A DNA stretch of 64,000 nt from an uncultured Flavobacteriaceae bacterium (GCA_943789035.1 CALSSO010000007.1:109319-173318), one strand, 5' to 3'; positions 9,011 through 20,404 are shown, counted from the stretch's first letter. Numbers and translations: made by a program. Notes: generated by a model from the sequence alone, not told the origin.

Positions 9011-11419
9011 ATGAAAACAAGACGAATTAATAAGATTGCCATTATAGGATCTGGAATTATGGGAAGCGGAATAGCCTGCCATTTTGCAAATATTGGTGTC
9101 GAAGTATTGCTTTTAGATATTGTTCCAAAAAACCTTAACGACAAAGAAAAAGCAAAAGGCTTAACCATAAACGACAAAGCCGTTAGAAATCGATTGGTAA
9201 ACGACGCACTTATGGCCTCATTAAAATCGAAACCCTCCCCTATTTACAATCAAAAATTTGCAAGCCGAATTACAACTGGAAATTTAGAAGATGACATCGC
9301 AAAAGTAGCCAATGTCGATTGGATTATGGAAGTAGTCGTGGAGCGCTTGGACATCAAAAAAATGGTGTTTGAAAACTTAGAAAAATACCGAACCCCAGGG
9401 ACTCTAATCACCTCCAACACTTCAGGAATTCCCATAAAATTTATGAGCGAAGGCCGTAGTGAAGAATTTCAAAAACACTTTTGTGGGACACACTTTTTCA
9501 ATCCCGCGCGTTATCTAAAATTATTTGAAATTATTCCAGGTCCAAAAACAGATCCCTCAGTTTTAGAATTCTTAAATGGCTATGGCGAACAATTTCTTGG
9601 AAAAACATCAGTCATCGCCAAAGACACCCCTGCATTTATTGGAAATAGAGTTGGTATTTTTAGCATTCAAAGTCTATTTCACGCTGTTAAAGACTTAGGA
9701 CTTACAATTGAAGAAGTTGATAAATTATCTGGACCCGTCATTGGTCGTCCAAAATCGGCAACCTTTAGAACTGTAGATGTTGTGGGATTAGACACCTTAG
9801 TACATGTGGCTAATGGCATTCGAGAAAATTGCCCTAACGATGAACGTTTAGAGCTGTTTGAACTACCCGATTTCATCACAACGATGATGGAAAACAACTG
9901 GCTTGGAAGCAAAACAAAACAAGGGTTTTATAAAAAATCTGTTACTGCAGACGGCACAAAAGAAATTCTAAGCTTAGACTTAAATACTTTAGAATACCGA
10001 TCTGCAAAACGGGCAAAATTTGCCACTTTAGAATTAACCAAAATAATTGACAAAGTTGTCGATCGATTTAAAATTTTAGTCAGTGGAAAAGATAAAGCTG
10101 GCGAATTTTACCGCAAAAGTTTTACGGCACTGTTTGCCTATGTCTCCAACCGAATTCCAGAAATTACAGACGACCTCTATAAAATTGATGATGCCATGAA
10201 AGCCGGTTTTGGATGGGAACATGGACCATTTCAAATATGGGATGCTATAGGCGTAGAAAAGGGAATCGAACTCATGAAAGCTGAAGGTTTTGAACCCGCT
10301 GCATGGGTAACAGAAATGTTGGCAGCTGGAAACACTTCATTTTACACTGTAAAAGAAGGCGCATCTTATGCCTATGAGATTCCAACAAAAACACAAACAA
10401 AAATTCCAGGTCAAGACAGTTTCATCATCCTAGATAACATTAGAAAAACAAACGAAGTCTTTAAAAATTCTGGAGTCGTTATCGAAGATATTGGAGATGG
10501 CATTCTTAATTTAGAATTTCAATCTAAAATGAATACGATCGGTGGTGATGTCTTAGCAGGCCTCAATAAAGCAATTGACTTAGCCGAAAAAGATTTCTCA
10601 GGCTTGGTCGTTGGAAACCAAGGCGCTAATTTCTCAGTGGGTGCCAATATTGGAATGATCTTTATGATGGCTGTAGAACAGGAATATGACGAGCTTAATA
10701 TGGCAATCAAATACTTTCAAGACACAATGATGCGCATGCGTTATTCTTCGATTCCAACAGTCGCCGCACCACACGGAATGGCATTAGGGGGTGGTTGCGA
10801 ACTATCGCTTCATGCAGACAAGGTGGTCGCAGCAGCAGAAACCTATATGGGACTTGTAGAATTTGGTGTAGGGGTCATCCCTGGTGGAGGTGGCTCAAAA
10901 GAAATGGCTTTAAGAGCTCAAGATATGTTTCAAAAAGGCGATGTTCAATTAAATGTATTACAAGAACATTTCTTAACCATTGGTATGGCAAAAGTATCAA
11001 CATCTGCCTATGAAGCATTTGATTTAAACCTCTTACAAAAAGGAAAGGATGTCGTTGTAGTTAACAAAGACCGACAAATTGCAGTTGCAAAACAACATGT
11101 CAAATTAATGAGCGATTCTGGCTATACACAACCGATAAGAAGAACCGATATAAAAGTACTTGGAAAACAAGCCTTAGGAATGTTTTTAGTGGGTACGGAT
11201 TCCATGCAGGACAGCAACTACATTTCAGAACATGACATGAAAATCGCTAATAAACTTGCCTATGTGATGGCGGGAGGTGACTTATCGGAGCCCACCTTAG
11301 TATCCGAACAGTATTTATTGGATTTGGAACGCGAAGCCTTTTTAAGTTTATGTACCGAACGCAAAACTTTAGAACGCATACAACATATGTTAACAAAAGG
11401 GAAACCACTACGTAATTAG
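9011..11419 (+). CDS. fadN: 3-hydroxyacyl-CoA dehydrogenase/enoyl-CoA hydratase (FadN-type)
   Basis: GSGIMG, SNTSG, HFFNP; C-terminal crotonase motif ALGGGCE. Confidence 0.92.
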   Translation: MKTRRINKIAIIGSGIMGSGIACHFANIGVEVLLLDIVPKNLNDKEKAKGLTINDKAVRNRLVNDALMASLKSKPSPIYNQKFASRITTGNLEDDIAKVANVDWIMEVVVERLDIKKMVFENLEKYRTPGTLITSNTSGIPIKFMSEGRSEEFQKHFCGTHFFNPARYLKLFEIIPGPKTDPSVLEFLNGYGEQFLGKTSVIAKDTPAFIGNRVGIFSIQSLFHAVKDLGLTIEEVDKLSGPVIGRPKSATFRTVDVVGLDTLVHVANGIRENCPNDERLELFELPDFITTMMENNWLGSKTKQGFYKKSVTADGTKEILSLDLNTLEYRSAKRAKFATLELTKIIDKVVDRFKILVSGKDKAGEFYRKSFTALFAYVSNRIPEITDDLYKIDDAMKAGFGWEHGPFQIWDAIGVEKGIELMKAEGFEPAAWVTEMLAAGNTSFYTVKEGASYAYEIPTKTQTKIPGQDSFIILDNIRKTNEVFKNSGVVIEDIGDGILNLEFQSKMNTIGGDVLAGLNKAIDLAEKDFSGLVVGNQGANFSVGANIGMIFMMAVEQEYDELNMAIKYFQDTMMRMRYSSIPTVAAPHGMALGGGCELSLHADKVVAAAETYMGLVEFGVGVIPGGGGSKEMALRAQDMFQKGDVQLNVLQEHFLTIGMAKVSTSAYEAFDLNLLQKGKDVVVVNKDRQIAVAKQHVKLMSDSGYTQPIRRTDIKVLGKQALGMFLVGTDSMQDSNYISEHDMKIANKLAYVMAGGDLSEPTLVSEQYLLDLEREAFLSLCTERKTLERIQHMLTKGKPLRN

Positions 11420-11433
11420 AAATATTAAAGAAA

Positions 11434-12624
11434 ATGAAACAAGCATATATAGTTAAAGCATTCCGAACCGCCGTTGGTAAAGCACCAAAAGGCGTATTTC
11501 GTTTTAAAAGAACCGATGAATTAGCCGCAGAAACCATCAAACACATGATGAAAGAATTGCCGGATCTGGACCCAAAACGCATCGATGACGTTATTGTTGG
11601 AAATGCAATGCCCGAAGGATCTCAAGGTTTAAATATGGCACGATTGATTTCATTAATGGGATTAGATATTGTAGATGTTCCTGGAGTTACTGTCAACCGT
11701 TTTTGTTCGTCTGGAATCGAAACCATTGGAATGGCAACAGCAAAAATACAAGCAGGAATGGCCGACTGTATTATTGCAGGTGGTGCTGAAAGCATGAGCA
11801 GTGTTCCAATGACAGGATATAAACCAGAACTAAATTACAACCTCATAAAAGCAGGTCATGAAGACTATTATTGGGGCATGGGAAATACCGCTGAAGCAGT
11901 CGCCAATCAGTTTAAAATTTCTCGTGAAGATCAAGATGAATTCGCTTATAATTCCCATATGAAAGCCTTACGAGCCCAAGCAGAAAATCGTTTTCAAGAC
12001 CAAATTGTTCCTATTGAAGTGACACAGAATTATATTGATGCTGACGGAAAAAAAGCAACCAAATCCTATACCGTCACCAAAGACGAAGGGCCAAGAGCAG
12101 GAACAAGCAAAGAAGCCTTAGCAAAACTAAGAGCCGTCTTTGCGGCTGATGGAAGTGTAACTGCAGGAAATTCATCACAAATGAGTGATGGTGCTGCCTT
12201 TGTTATGGTAATGAGCGAAGACATGGTCAAAGAATTAAACCTAGAACCTATCGCACGATTGGTCAACTATGCAGCAGCAGGAGTCGAGCCAAGAATCATG
12301 GGGATTGGTCCTGTTAAAGCAATTCCAAAAGCCTTAAAACAAGCAGGATTAAAACAAGATGATTTGTCTTTAATTGAACTCAATGAAGCCTTTGCTTCAC
12401 AGTCTTTAGCAGTCATCCGTGAATTAGACCTCAATCCTGATATTATCAACCCAAATGGTGGAGCAATATCCTTAGGTCACCCCCTTGGATGTACAGGTGC
12501 AAAACTATCGGTTCAACTCTTTGATGAAATGCGTAAGCAAAACATGAATGGAAAATATGGCGCCGTCACAATGTGTGTCGGAACAGGGCAAGGTGCCTGT
12601 GGGATCTTTGAGTTCCTTAAGTAG
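11434..12624 (+). CDS. fadA: Acetyl-CoA C-acyltransferase (3-ketoacyl-CoA thiolase)
   Basis: NRFCSSG, NEAFA, GHPLG and CVGTGQG motifs. Confidence 0.95.
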   Translation: MKQAYIVKAFRTAVGKAPKGVFRFKRTDELAAETIKHMMKELPDLDPKRIDDVIVGNAMPEGSQGLNMARLISLMGLDIVDVPGVTVNRFCSSGIETIGMATAKIQAGMADCIIAGGAESMSSVPMTGYKPELNYNLIKAGHEDYYWGMGNTAEAVANQFKISREDQDEFAYNSHMKALRAQAENRFQDQIVPIEVTQNYIDADGKKATKSYTVTKDEGPRAGTSKEALAKLRAVFAADGSVTAGNSSQMSDGAAFVMVMSEDMVKELNLEPIARLVNYAAAGVEPRIMGIGPVKAIPKALKQAGLKQDDLSLIELNEAFASQSLAVIRELDLNPDIINPNGGAISLGHPLGCTGAKLSVQLFDEMRKQNMNGKYGAVTMCVGTGQGACGIFEFLK

Positions 12625-12650
12625 AGGAAAAAGAGTAGAGAGTAGAGTGA

Positions 12651-12788
12651 TCATCATTCGAGTTAGGAATACAATTATTAATAGCAAAACACAGAAATAA
12701 TATAAATAACGAAACTTTAAAAAAAATAGAAGAAAAAATAGAAGAATTCCAAAAAATGACAATGGGATTTCAAAACAGTCTCAATTAG
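12651..12788 (+). pseudogene. C-terminal relic of a four-helix-bundle (23S rRNA IVS-protein-like) gene
   Basis: Startless frame SSFELGIQLLIAKHRNNINNETLKKIEEKIEEFQKMTMGFQNSLN* matches the family C-terminus (GSxxELxTQLxIA...KM), flanked by heptamer arrays. Confidence 0.7.
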
Positions 12789-12833
12789 GGTCTATGCTCT
12801 ATTTTCAATCTTCTTTAATCTATATTAAATACC

Positions 12834-14642
12834 ATGGAAACAAACGATAAACAACTAATCAGAGGAGGGCAATTTTTAGTTAAAGAAACAAAATGTGAAA
12901 ACGTATTTACGCCCGAAGATTTTACAGAAGAGCAACAAATGATGAAAGATTCTGTAATGGAATTCAACGACCGTGAGATTATTCCTCACAAAGCGCGCTT
13001 TGAAGCCAAAGATTTTGCATTGACAGAAGAAGTGATGCGAAAAGCTGGAGACATGGGATTCTTAAGTGTTGCTGTTCCTGAAGCTTATGGCGGAATGGGA
13101 ATGGGCTTTGTTTCGACATGTTTAACCTGTGATTATATTTCAAGTGGAACGGGTTCTTTTAGCACTGCTTTTGGTGCACACACAGGAATAGGAACAATGC
13201 CAATCACCTTATATGGCACCGAAAAACAGAAACTAAAATATGTACCAAAATTAGCTTCTGGCGAATGGTTTGGAGCTTACTGCCTTACCGAACCCGGTGC
13301 AGGGTCGGATGCCAATTCTGGAAAAACAACTGCTGAATTATCTGCCGACGGAAAAACATACAAAATCAATGGGCAAAAAATGTGGATCTCAAATGCAGGA
13401 TTTTGTAGTGTGATGATCGTGTTTGCACGGATAGAAAAAGACAAAAATATTACAGGTTTTATTGTTGAATATGACAGTGAAAACCCAAACGGTATCGTTT
13501 TGGGAGAAGAAGAACATAAATTAGGAATTAGAGCGTCCTCAACACGTCAAGTATTTTTTAATGACACTGTGGTCCCTGTTGAGAATATGTTAGCAGGGCG
13601 TGGTGAAGGATTTAAAATTGCAATGAACTCACTAAACGTAGGACGTATCAAATTGGCGGCTGCTTGTATAGATTCGCAGAGACGTATTTTAAATATCGTA
13701 GTAAATTATGCTAAAGAGCGTAAACAATTTAAAACCTCTATTGCAGACTTTGGAGCCATCAAAGTAAAATTAGCAGAGATGGCAACCAATGCCTATGCTT
13801 GTGAATCCGCTACTTATAGAGCTGCAAAAGATATTGAAGACCGCATTGCAATTCGAGAAGCGAATGGAAACAGCCACCAAGAGGCAGAACTAAAAGGAGT
13901 TGAAGAATATGCTATTGAATGTTCAATTTTAAAAGTAGCGGTTTCTGAAGACGTCCAAAACTGTGCAGATGAAGGAATTCAAATCTTTGGTGGAATGGGA
14001 TTCTCTGAAGAAACCCCTATGGAATCCGCTTGGAGAGATGCTCGAATTACAAGAATTTACGAAGGAACCAACGAAATTAACCGAATGCTTTCTGTGGGTA
14101 TGCTTGTTAAAAAAGCAATGAAAGGGCATGTTGATTTATTAGGTCCAGCTTCAAAAGTTCAAGAAGAACTCATGGGGATTCCTTCTTTTGAAACTCCTGA
14201 TTATTCCGAGTTATTTTCTGAAGAAAAAGAAATGATTCAAAAACTTAAAAAGACTTTCTTAATGGTTGCTGGTGGGGCGGTTCAAAAATACGGACCTCAA
14301 CTCGAAGAGCATCAACAATTATTAATTGCCGCTGCAGATATCTTAATTGAAATATACATGGCAGAATCTACAATTTTAAGAACTGAAAAAAATGTAAAGC
14401 GTACGAGCGAAAAAGAGCAATCTGCACAAATAGCAATGGCTAAATTGTATTTGTACCACGCAGTAGATATTGTTGAAGAAAAAGGAAAAGAGAGTATCAT
14501 TTCGTTTGCCGAAGGTGATGAACAACGGATGCTATTGATGGGATTAAAACGTTTTACGAAATATGCAAACTACCCAGATATCGTAGATTTACGTATCGAA
14601 ATTGCTGAAAAAGTGAAAGAAGAAAATGGCTACTGTTTTTAG
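12834..14642 (+). CDS. Acyl-CoA dehydrogenase
   Basis: LTEPGAGSD, GQKMWISN, GIQIFGGMG and IYEGTNEI motifs. Confidence 0.95.
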   Translation: METNDKQLIRGGQFLVKETKCENVFTPEDFTEEQQMMKDSVMEFNDREIIPHKARFEAKDFALTEEVMRKAGDMGFLSVAVPEAYGGMGMGFVSTCLTCDYISSGTGSFSTAFGAHTGIGTMPITLYGTEKQKLKYVPKLASGEWFGAYCLTEPGAGSDANSGKTTAELSADGKTYKINGQKMWISNAGFCSVMIVFARIEKDKNITGFIVEYDSENPNGIVLGEEEHKLGIRASSTRQVFFNDTVVPVENMLAGRGEGFKIAMNSLNVGRIKLAAACIDSQRRILNIVVNYAKERKQFKTSIADFGAIKVKLAEMATNAYACESATYRAAKDIEDRIAIREANGNSHQEAELKGVEEYAIECSILKVAVSEDVQNCADEGIQIFGGMGFSEETPMESAWRDARITRIYEGTNEINRMLSVGMLVKKAMKGHVDLLGPASKVQEELMGIPSFETPDYSELFSEEKEMIQKLKKTFLMVAGGAVQKYGPQLEEHQQLLIAAADILIEIYMAESTILRTEKNVKRTSEKEQSAQIAMAKLYLYHAVDIVEEKGKESIISFAEGDEQRMLLMGLKRFTKYANYPDIVDLRIEIAEKVKEENGYCF

Positions 14643-14656
14643 TCACTTCAAATAGA

Positions 14657-14807
14657 AAAAAAGCTGTCTAAAAAGTCTTGTTTTTGTCAATCTGATCTCG
14701 TTTCAGATTCTAAAAACATTTTGAAAATCATTAAAGATTCTGAAATACCTGCCTGTTGCGGCAGGAATTCAGAATGGCAGATTTTCTACTTTTCAGACAG
14801 CTTTTTT
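14657..14807. repeat. Nested palindromic REP/MITE-like element, also a bidirectional terminator
   Basis: 20-bp outer inverted repeat with 1 mismatch, two inverted inner ~27-bp palindromic units, and an inserted CCTGCC-N6-GGCAGG hairpin. Confidence 0.75.
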
Positions 14808-14868
14808 ATGCAAAATTTACAGTCTTTATTCAAACCATTTAAAATTTGATTAACTTTAGAAAAAAAAT

Positions 14869-16515
14869 ATGAAAACCAAATCTCTATTATCAATTCCTAT
14901 TTTGCTTTTAAGCATGTTGATTAATGGACAAACTATAAAATCCGACTCAGAAACCTTTACCCATCAAGACTCCTTAAGAGGAAGTATTACACCCGAACGT
15001 GCCTGGTGGGATTTAAACTATTATCATTTAGACATCGCTGTAAACCCAAAAACAAAGTCCATCAAAGGAAAAAACACGATTCGCTATACGATTCTTGAAC
15101 CCAATCAAACACTTCAAATCGACTTACAAGCCCCTATGAAACTCACTAAAGCAGTTCAAGACGGAGAAGAATTAGTCGTTTTAAAAGATGGAAATGCACA
15201 TTTTATCAACTTAAAAAAACCACAAATTAAAATTAACGCACAAGAAGAAATTCAAATTTATTACGAAGGCAAACCACGAGTAGCCGTGAGAGCACCGTGG
15301 GATGGTGGAATTTCATGGAAAAAAGATAACAATGGTAATGATTTTATTGCCTCCTCATGTCAAGGATTGGGCGCTAGCGTATGGTGGCCTAATAAAGACC
15401 ATATGTATGATGAAGTTGACAGCATGAAAATTAGTGTAAATGTTCCAAAACATCTGATGAATATTTCTAATGGACGGCTTCAATCGACTGAAGAACAGAA
15501 CAATGGAACCACCACCTACAATTGGGTCGTTACAAATCCGATTAACAATTATGGAGTGAATATTAACATAGGAGATTATGTTCATTTTTCCGAAGTTTAT
15601 GAAGGCGAAAAAGGTCCTCTAGATATGGAATACTATGTTTTGAGAGATAACCTAGAAAAGGCCAAGAAACAATTTAAAGATGCTCCAAAAATGATGAAAG
15701 CTTTTGAATATTGGTTTGGCCCCTACCCTTTTTATGAAGACAGTTTCAAATTGGTGGAAGTCCACTATTTAGGAATGGAACACCAAAGTTCTGTTACCTA
15801 TGGGAATCAATATAAACAAGGCTATCTCGGAAGGGATTTATCGAGAACAGGTTGGGGATTAAAATTTGATTTTATTATTATCCACGAATCTGGTCATGAA
15901 TGGTTTGCAAACAATATTACTTATAAAGATGCTGCTGATATGTGGATTCACGAAGGGTTTACAGCCTATTCTGAAAATCTATTTTTAGATTACCACTACG
16001 GAAGCGAAGCTTCAGCAGACTATGTCATTGGAACTCGAGCAAACATCCAAAATGACAAACCAATTATTGGGACGTATAACGTAAACTCCGAAGGGTCTTC
16101 CGATATGTATTATAAAGGAGCCAATATGCTACACACACTCCGCCAACTGGTAAATGACGATGAAAAATGGAGACAACTATTGAGAGGGTTGAACAAAACA
16201 TTCTACCATCAAACCGTAACCACTCAAGAAATTGAAAATTATATAAGTGAATTTTTAGAGTTAAATTTAACTGCATTTTTTAATCAATACCTTCGTGATA
16301 TACGCATCCCAAATTTTGAATATTATATAGAAAATAATGAATTGAACTACCGTTGGAACAACGTGGTCAAAAATTTTGAAATGCCAATTGAAATAGAGAT
16401 CAATAATGACAACCTCTGGCTCTACCCTAATGCCGCTTGGCAAAAAACAAAAATCAAGACTTCAGAAATTAGTATTGATAGAGACTATTATATTACTCAC
16501 AAACAACTAAAGTAA
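14869..16515 (+). CDS. M1 family metallo-aminopeptidase (secreted)
   Basis: Signal peptide; GMEHQ, HESGHEW...WIHEG and YYKGA motifs. Confidence 0.92.
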   Translation: MKTKSLLSIPILLLSMLINGQTIKSDSETFTHQDSLRGSITPERAWWDLNYYHLDIAVNPKTKSIKGKNTIRYTILEPNQTLQIDLQAPMKLTKAVQDGEELVVLKDGNAHFINLKKPQIKINAQEEIQIYYEGKPRVAVRAPWDGGISWKKDNNGNDFIASSCQGLGASVWWPNKDHMYDEVDSMKISVNVPKHLMNISNGRLQSTEEQNNGTTTYNWVVTNPINNYGVNINIGDYVHFSEVYEGEKGPLDMEYYVLRDNLEKAKKQFKDAPKMMKAFEYWFGPYPFYEDSFKLVEVHYLGMEHQSSVTYGNQYKQGYLGRDLSRTGWGLKFDFIIIHESGHEWFANNITYKDAADMWIHEGFTAYSENLFLDYHYGSEASADYVIGTRANIQNDKPIIGTYNVNSEGSSDMYYKGANMLHTLRQLVNDDEKWRQLLRGLNKTFYHQTVTTQEIENYISEFLELNLTAFFNQYLRDIRIPNFEYYIENNELNYRWNNVVKNFEMPIEIEINNDNLWLYPNAAWQKTKIKTSEISIDRDYYITHKQLK

Positions 16516-16529
16516 AAAAACACATCACA

Positions 16530-19500
16530 ATGAAAAACATTCTAACAATCTTATTATTGGTAATTAGTTTTAATGGGTTTACACAAGAATTCTCCATGGA
16601 ACTTCTTAAAAATAAAACACCACGAAACATAGGTCCGGGTGGCATGTCGGGGCGGGTAACTTCAATTGATGTTGTACATTCCAATCCGGATATTATGTAT
16701 GCAGGAACCGCATCTGGTGGTCTGTGGAAATCAACTTCTGGAGGGATCAAATGGAACCCAATTTTTGATAATGAAGCAACAGCCTCCATTGGTGCCGTTG
16801 CCATTCAACAATCCAATCCAAGTGTTATTTGGGTAGGAACTGGCGAAGGCAATCCTCGCAACAGTCTGAATGGTGGTTATGGTCTCTATAAATCAATAGA
16901 CGGAGGAAAAAATTGGCAATTAATGGGATTAGAAAAAACGCGACACATTCATCGGGTTATTATTGATCCTACAAATCCAAATACAGTTTATGTTGCAGCA
17001 ATTGGATCGCCTTGGGGAGAACATCCAGAACGAGGCGTGTATAAAACCACTGATGGTGGTAAAACATGGGTAAAAATATTATACACCAATCCAAAAAGTG
17101 GTGCAGCTGATTTAGTGATGGATCCTCAAAACCCCAATAAATTAATCGCAGCCATGTGGGAACACAAACGCGACCCTTGGTTTTTTAATTCCGGAGGAGA
17201 AGGCTCTGGACTATACAGCACCTATGATGGTGGAGAAACTTGGAAAAAAATAAGTTCGGAAGATGGATTGCCAGAAGGAAATTTAGGCAGAATTGGCGTG
17301 GCCATCTCCCCTAGCAAACCCGATATTGTGTATGCCTTGATTGAAGCCAAAAAGAACGCCTTATACAAAAGTAGTGACGGTGGTCACCACTGGGAAATGG
17401 TCAGTGATAACATGGATGAAATCGGAAATCGACCCTTTTATTATGCCGATATTTATGTTGATTCTCAAAATGAAAATCGATTGTATTCAATTTTCACCTA
17501 CGTCAATGTAAGCGAAGATGGTGGGAAAAGTTTTAAACAACTCATGCCCGCTTATGGCGTCGATAACGGCATTCATCCCGATCATCATGCTTGGTGGATA
17601 CACCCTACAAACAGCGATTTTATGATTGATGGTAACGATGGTGGATTAAATATCACTAAAGATGGTGGTGATAGTTGGCGTTTTGTAGGCAATTTGCCCG
17701 TAGCACAATTTTACCATATCAATGTAGATAATGAATTTCCATACAATGTTTATGGAGGCATGCAAGACAATGGTTCCTGGAGAGGTCCTGCCTATGTATG
17801 GCGTGCTCAAGGTATTCGAAACTCGTATTGGCAGGAAATAAGTTTTGGAGACGGCTTTGATGTCATTCCAGATAAGGATGACAATCAATTTGGATGGACC
17901 ATGAGTCAAGAGGGTTATGTAAGTCGTTACGATTGGAAAACAGGAAACAATTATATTGTACGTCCAACGCATTCCGATGCAGATATGAACCTTCGTTTTA
18001 ATTGGAATGCCGCAATCAATATAGATCCAAACTCAAATAATACCTTGTATTTTGGCAGTCAGTTTGTGCATAAATCCACTGACAAAGGAGATACATGGGA
18101 AATTATCTCTCCCGATTTAACCACAAACGATCCCGATAAATTAAAACAGCACGAAAGTGGTGGACTAACCATGGATGCTACGGGAGCAGAAAACCATTGC
18201 ACAATCTTAGTCATCGAACCTTCTATGGTCGAAACAGACATGCTTTGGGTCGGTACAGACGATGGGCGTGTTCACTACACACAAGATGGAGGATCGCAAT
18301 GGATCGAGGTTACTAAAAACATCAAAGGCTTACCAAAAGGAAGTTGGATTCCACAAATCAAAGCGTCCAAAACAAACAAAGGCGAAGCTCTTTTAGTTGC
18401 TAATGATTACAGACGATTCAATTATACCCCTTACGTCTATCGTACTAAAAACTACGGAAAATCATGGGAACGAATTGTCGATGCAACGGATGTAACAAGT
18501 TTTGCCTTATCAATTGTTGAAGATTCTGAAGAACCCAATTTATTATTTTTAGGGACAGACGATGGACTTTACATTTCTATTGATAAAGGGGTAAAATGGA
18601 CGAAATGGACTGAAGGATTTCCAACCGTACCAGTAAAAGATTTAGTCATTCATCCACGTGAGCACGATTTAGTGATTGGGACTTTTGGACGAGCCGCATG
18701 GATATTAGACGATATTCGTCCGCTAAGGGCCCTCGCAAAAGAACAGAATTTACTTCAAAAAACTGTGCACTTGTTTGAGCCCCCTACGGCCTATCAAGCG
18801 GCGTATCAACAACCTACAGGAAGTCGGTTTGGTGGCGATGCCCTGTTTAATGGTGAAAACAGAAAAAGTGGCGCACGGTTTTCTTATTACTTAAACATTA
18901 AAGAAATAGATACAACAACGGTTAAAGATGAAGATAAACTCGAAACTTTAACAGAAATCAAATGGGATTCATTACAACTTCAACTGTTTGATGGGGAGCG
19001 TCTTATCCGTACCCTTAAACAAAAAGTACCTAAAGAAAGTGGGATTCATTCATGGAAATGGAATATGGATGAAAAAGGCGTTGAATGGCCTTCAAAAAAA
19101 ATACAAAAATCAACTCGAGAACCTTCTGGAGTTCAAGTGATTCCAGGAACCTATCGTGCTGTACTGAGTTACGGTGATCAAAGTTCGGAAACCCGTATTG
19201 AAGTTCAAAGCGATCCACGAATTCCCTATAATGCAAAAGCCGTCCAAGCGGTGTATGATAGCTCAAAAACATTTGAGCAACTTCAGCAGACAACAGCAGA
19301 AGCTGTTAAACAACTTGTTGAAAGTAATGAAATCGTTTCTGAGTTTTCTGATAAATTGAACGAAAAAGACAAGGAGTTGCATAAAGATGCTTTAAAAAAC
19401 TGCAAAGAAATCACAGAAAAAATAGATACTATTTTAGCCCTTTATTTTGGGAAAGAAGATAAACGTCAGGGAATTACAAGTGACCCAGTCATTTCTGTAA

Positions 19501-19719
19501 CAGAACGGATTGGAACAGCTTTGTATTACATTGGTACAAGACAGAATGGAATTACAGACACAGAACACAGTCCTTGTTGAACACGCCAAAACAGCTATTG
19601 ACAACGCTTTAAAAACCACAAACCGTTTTTTTGAAGAGGATTGGGTAGATTTTAAAACTGAGATGGAAACAAAAGACCTGTCCCCTTTCAAGAATATAAA
19701 AACATTTGAATTAAAATAA
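16530..19719 (+). CDS. VPS10/BNR-repeat beta-propeller protein; frameshift near 19566
   Basis: Many S/TxDGGxxW repeats. The ORF stops at 19580 but continues in the +1 frame (TVLVEHAK...TFELK*) to 19719. Confidence 0.8.
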
Positions 19720-19781
19720 CAAACACATTTTTATGCATTTGTAATTTTTTAACTAACTTTCGTCTAACTAAATTAAAAAAA

Positions 19782-20345
19782 ATGAAAAAAACAATTCTAA
19801 CTATACTACTTATTGTCAGCGTTTTGGCATGTAAAAAGAACGTCAAAAAAACAGAGACTTCCAAAACAACACAAGAAGTTATTGAAAAGACCCCCGCTTT
19901 AACAATTGTACTCAATCCTAAAAGTGAGAGTGCAGTAACAGGGACTGCTAAATTTGTAGAAATTGACGGAGTGGTTCAGATGACTGCGAAGATTAAAGGA
20001 CTTTCTGAGGGATCTCATGCGATTCATATCCATGACAAAGGAGATTGTTCATCATCAGATGGAAAATCGTCTGGAGGACATTGGAACCCAACAGCCCAAC
20101 CCCACGGAAAATGGGGTGCTGAAACAGGGTATCACAAAGGCGATATAGGAAATTTTGTTGTTGAAAGTTCTGAGGATGAAACCACCGTTGAGTTTAGCAC
20201 AAACGAATGGTGTATTGGTTGTGGAGATCCTACTAAAGATATTTTGGGTAAAGGGGTTATTGTGCACCAAGGCGTGGACGATTTTGTATCTCAACCTTCA
20301 GGTGCTGCTGGAAGCCGTGTGAGTTGTGGCGGAATTATCCAATAA
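19782..20345 (+). CDS. sodC: Cu/Zn superoxide dismutase, lipoprotein
   Basis: Lipobox VLAC; HAIHIH, GGHWNP, HKGD, VHQGVDD and RVSCG motifs. Confidence 0.92.
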   Translation: MKKTILTILLIVSVLACKKNVKKTETSKTTQEVIEKTPALTIVLNPKSESAVTGTAKFVEIDGVVQMTAKIKGLSEGSHAIHIHDKGDCSSSDGKSSGGHWNPTAQPHGKWGAETGYHKGDIGNFVVESSEDETTVEFSTNEWCIGCGDPTKDILGKGVIVHQGVDDFVSQPSGAAGSRVSCGGIIQ

Positions 20346-20368
20346 GTTAAGTTTAAACATACAGACAC

Positions 20369-20398
20369 AAAGCTACTCTTAGGGGTAGCTTTTTTTTT
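20369..20398 (+). terminator. Intrinsic terminator
   Basis: AAAGCTACTC-TTAG-GGGTAGCTTTTTTTTT. Confidence 0.8.
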
Positions 20399-20404
20399 AC
20401 CCCG

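Noticed and set aside
12505-12762. 85-aa minus-strand ORF
   Set aside because: Antisense to fadA and to the four-helix-bundle relic; its hydrophobicity comes from A-rich sequence.
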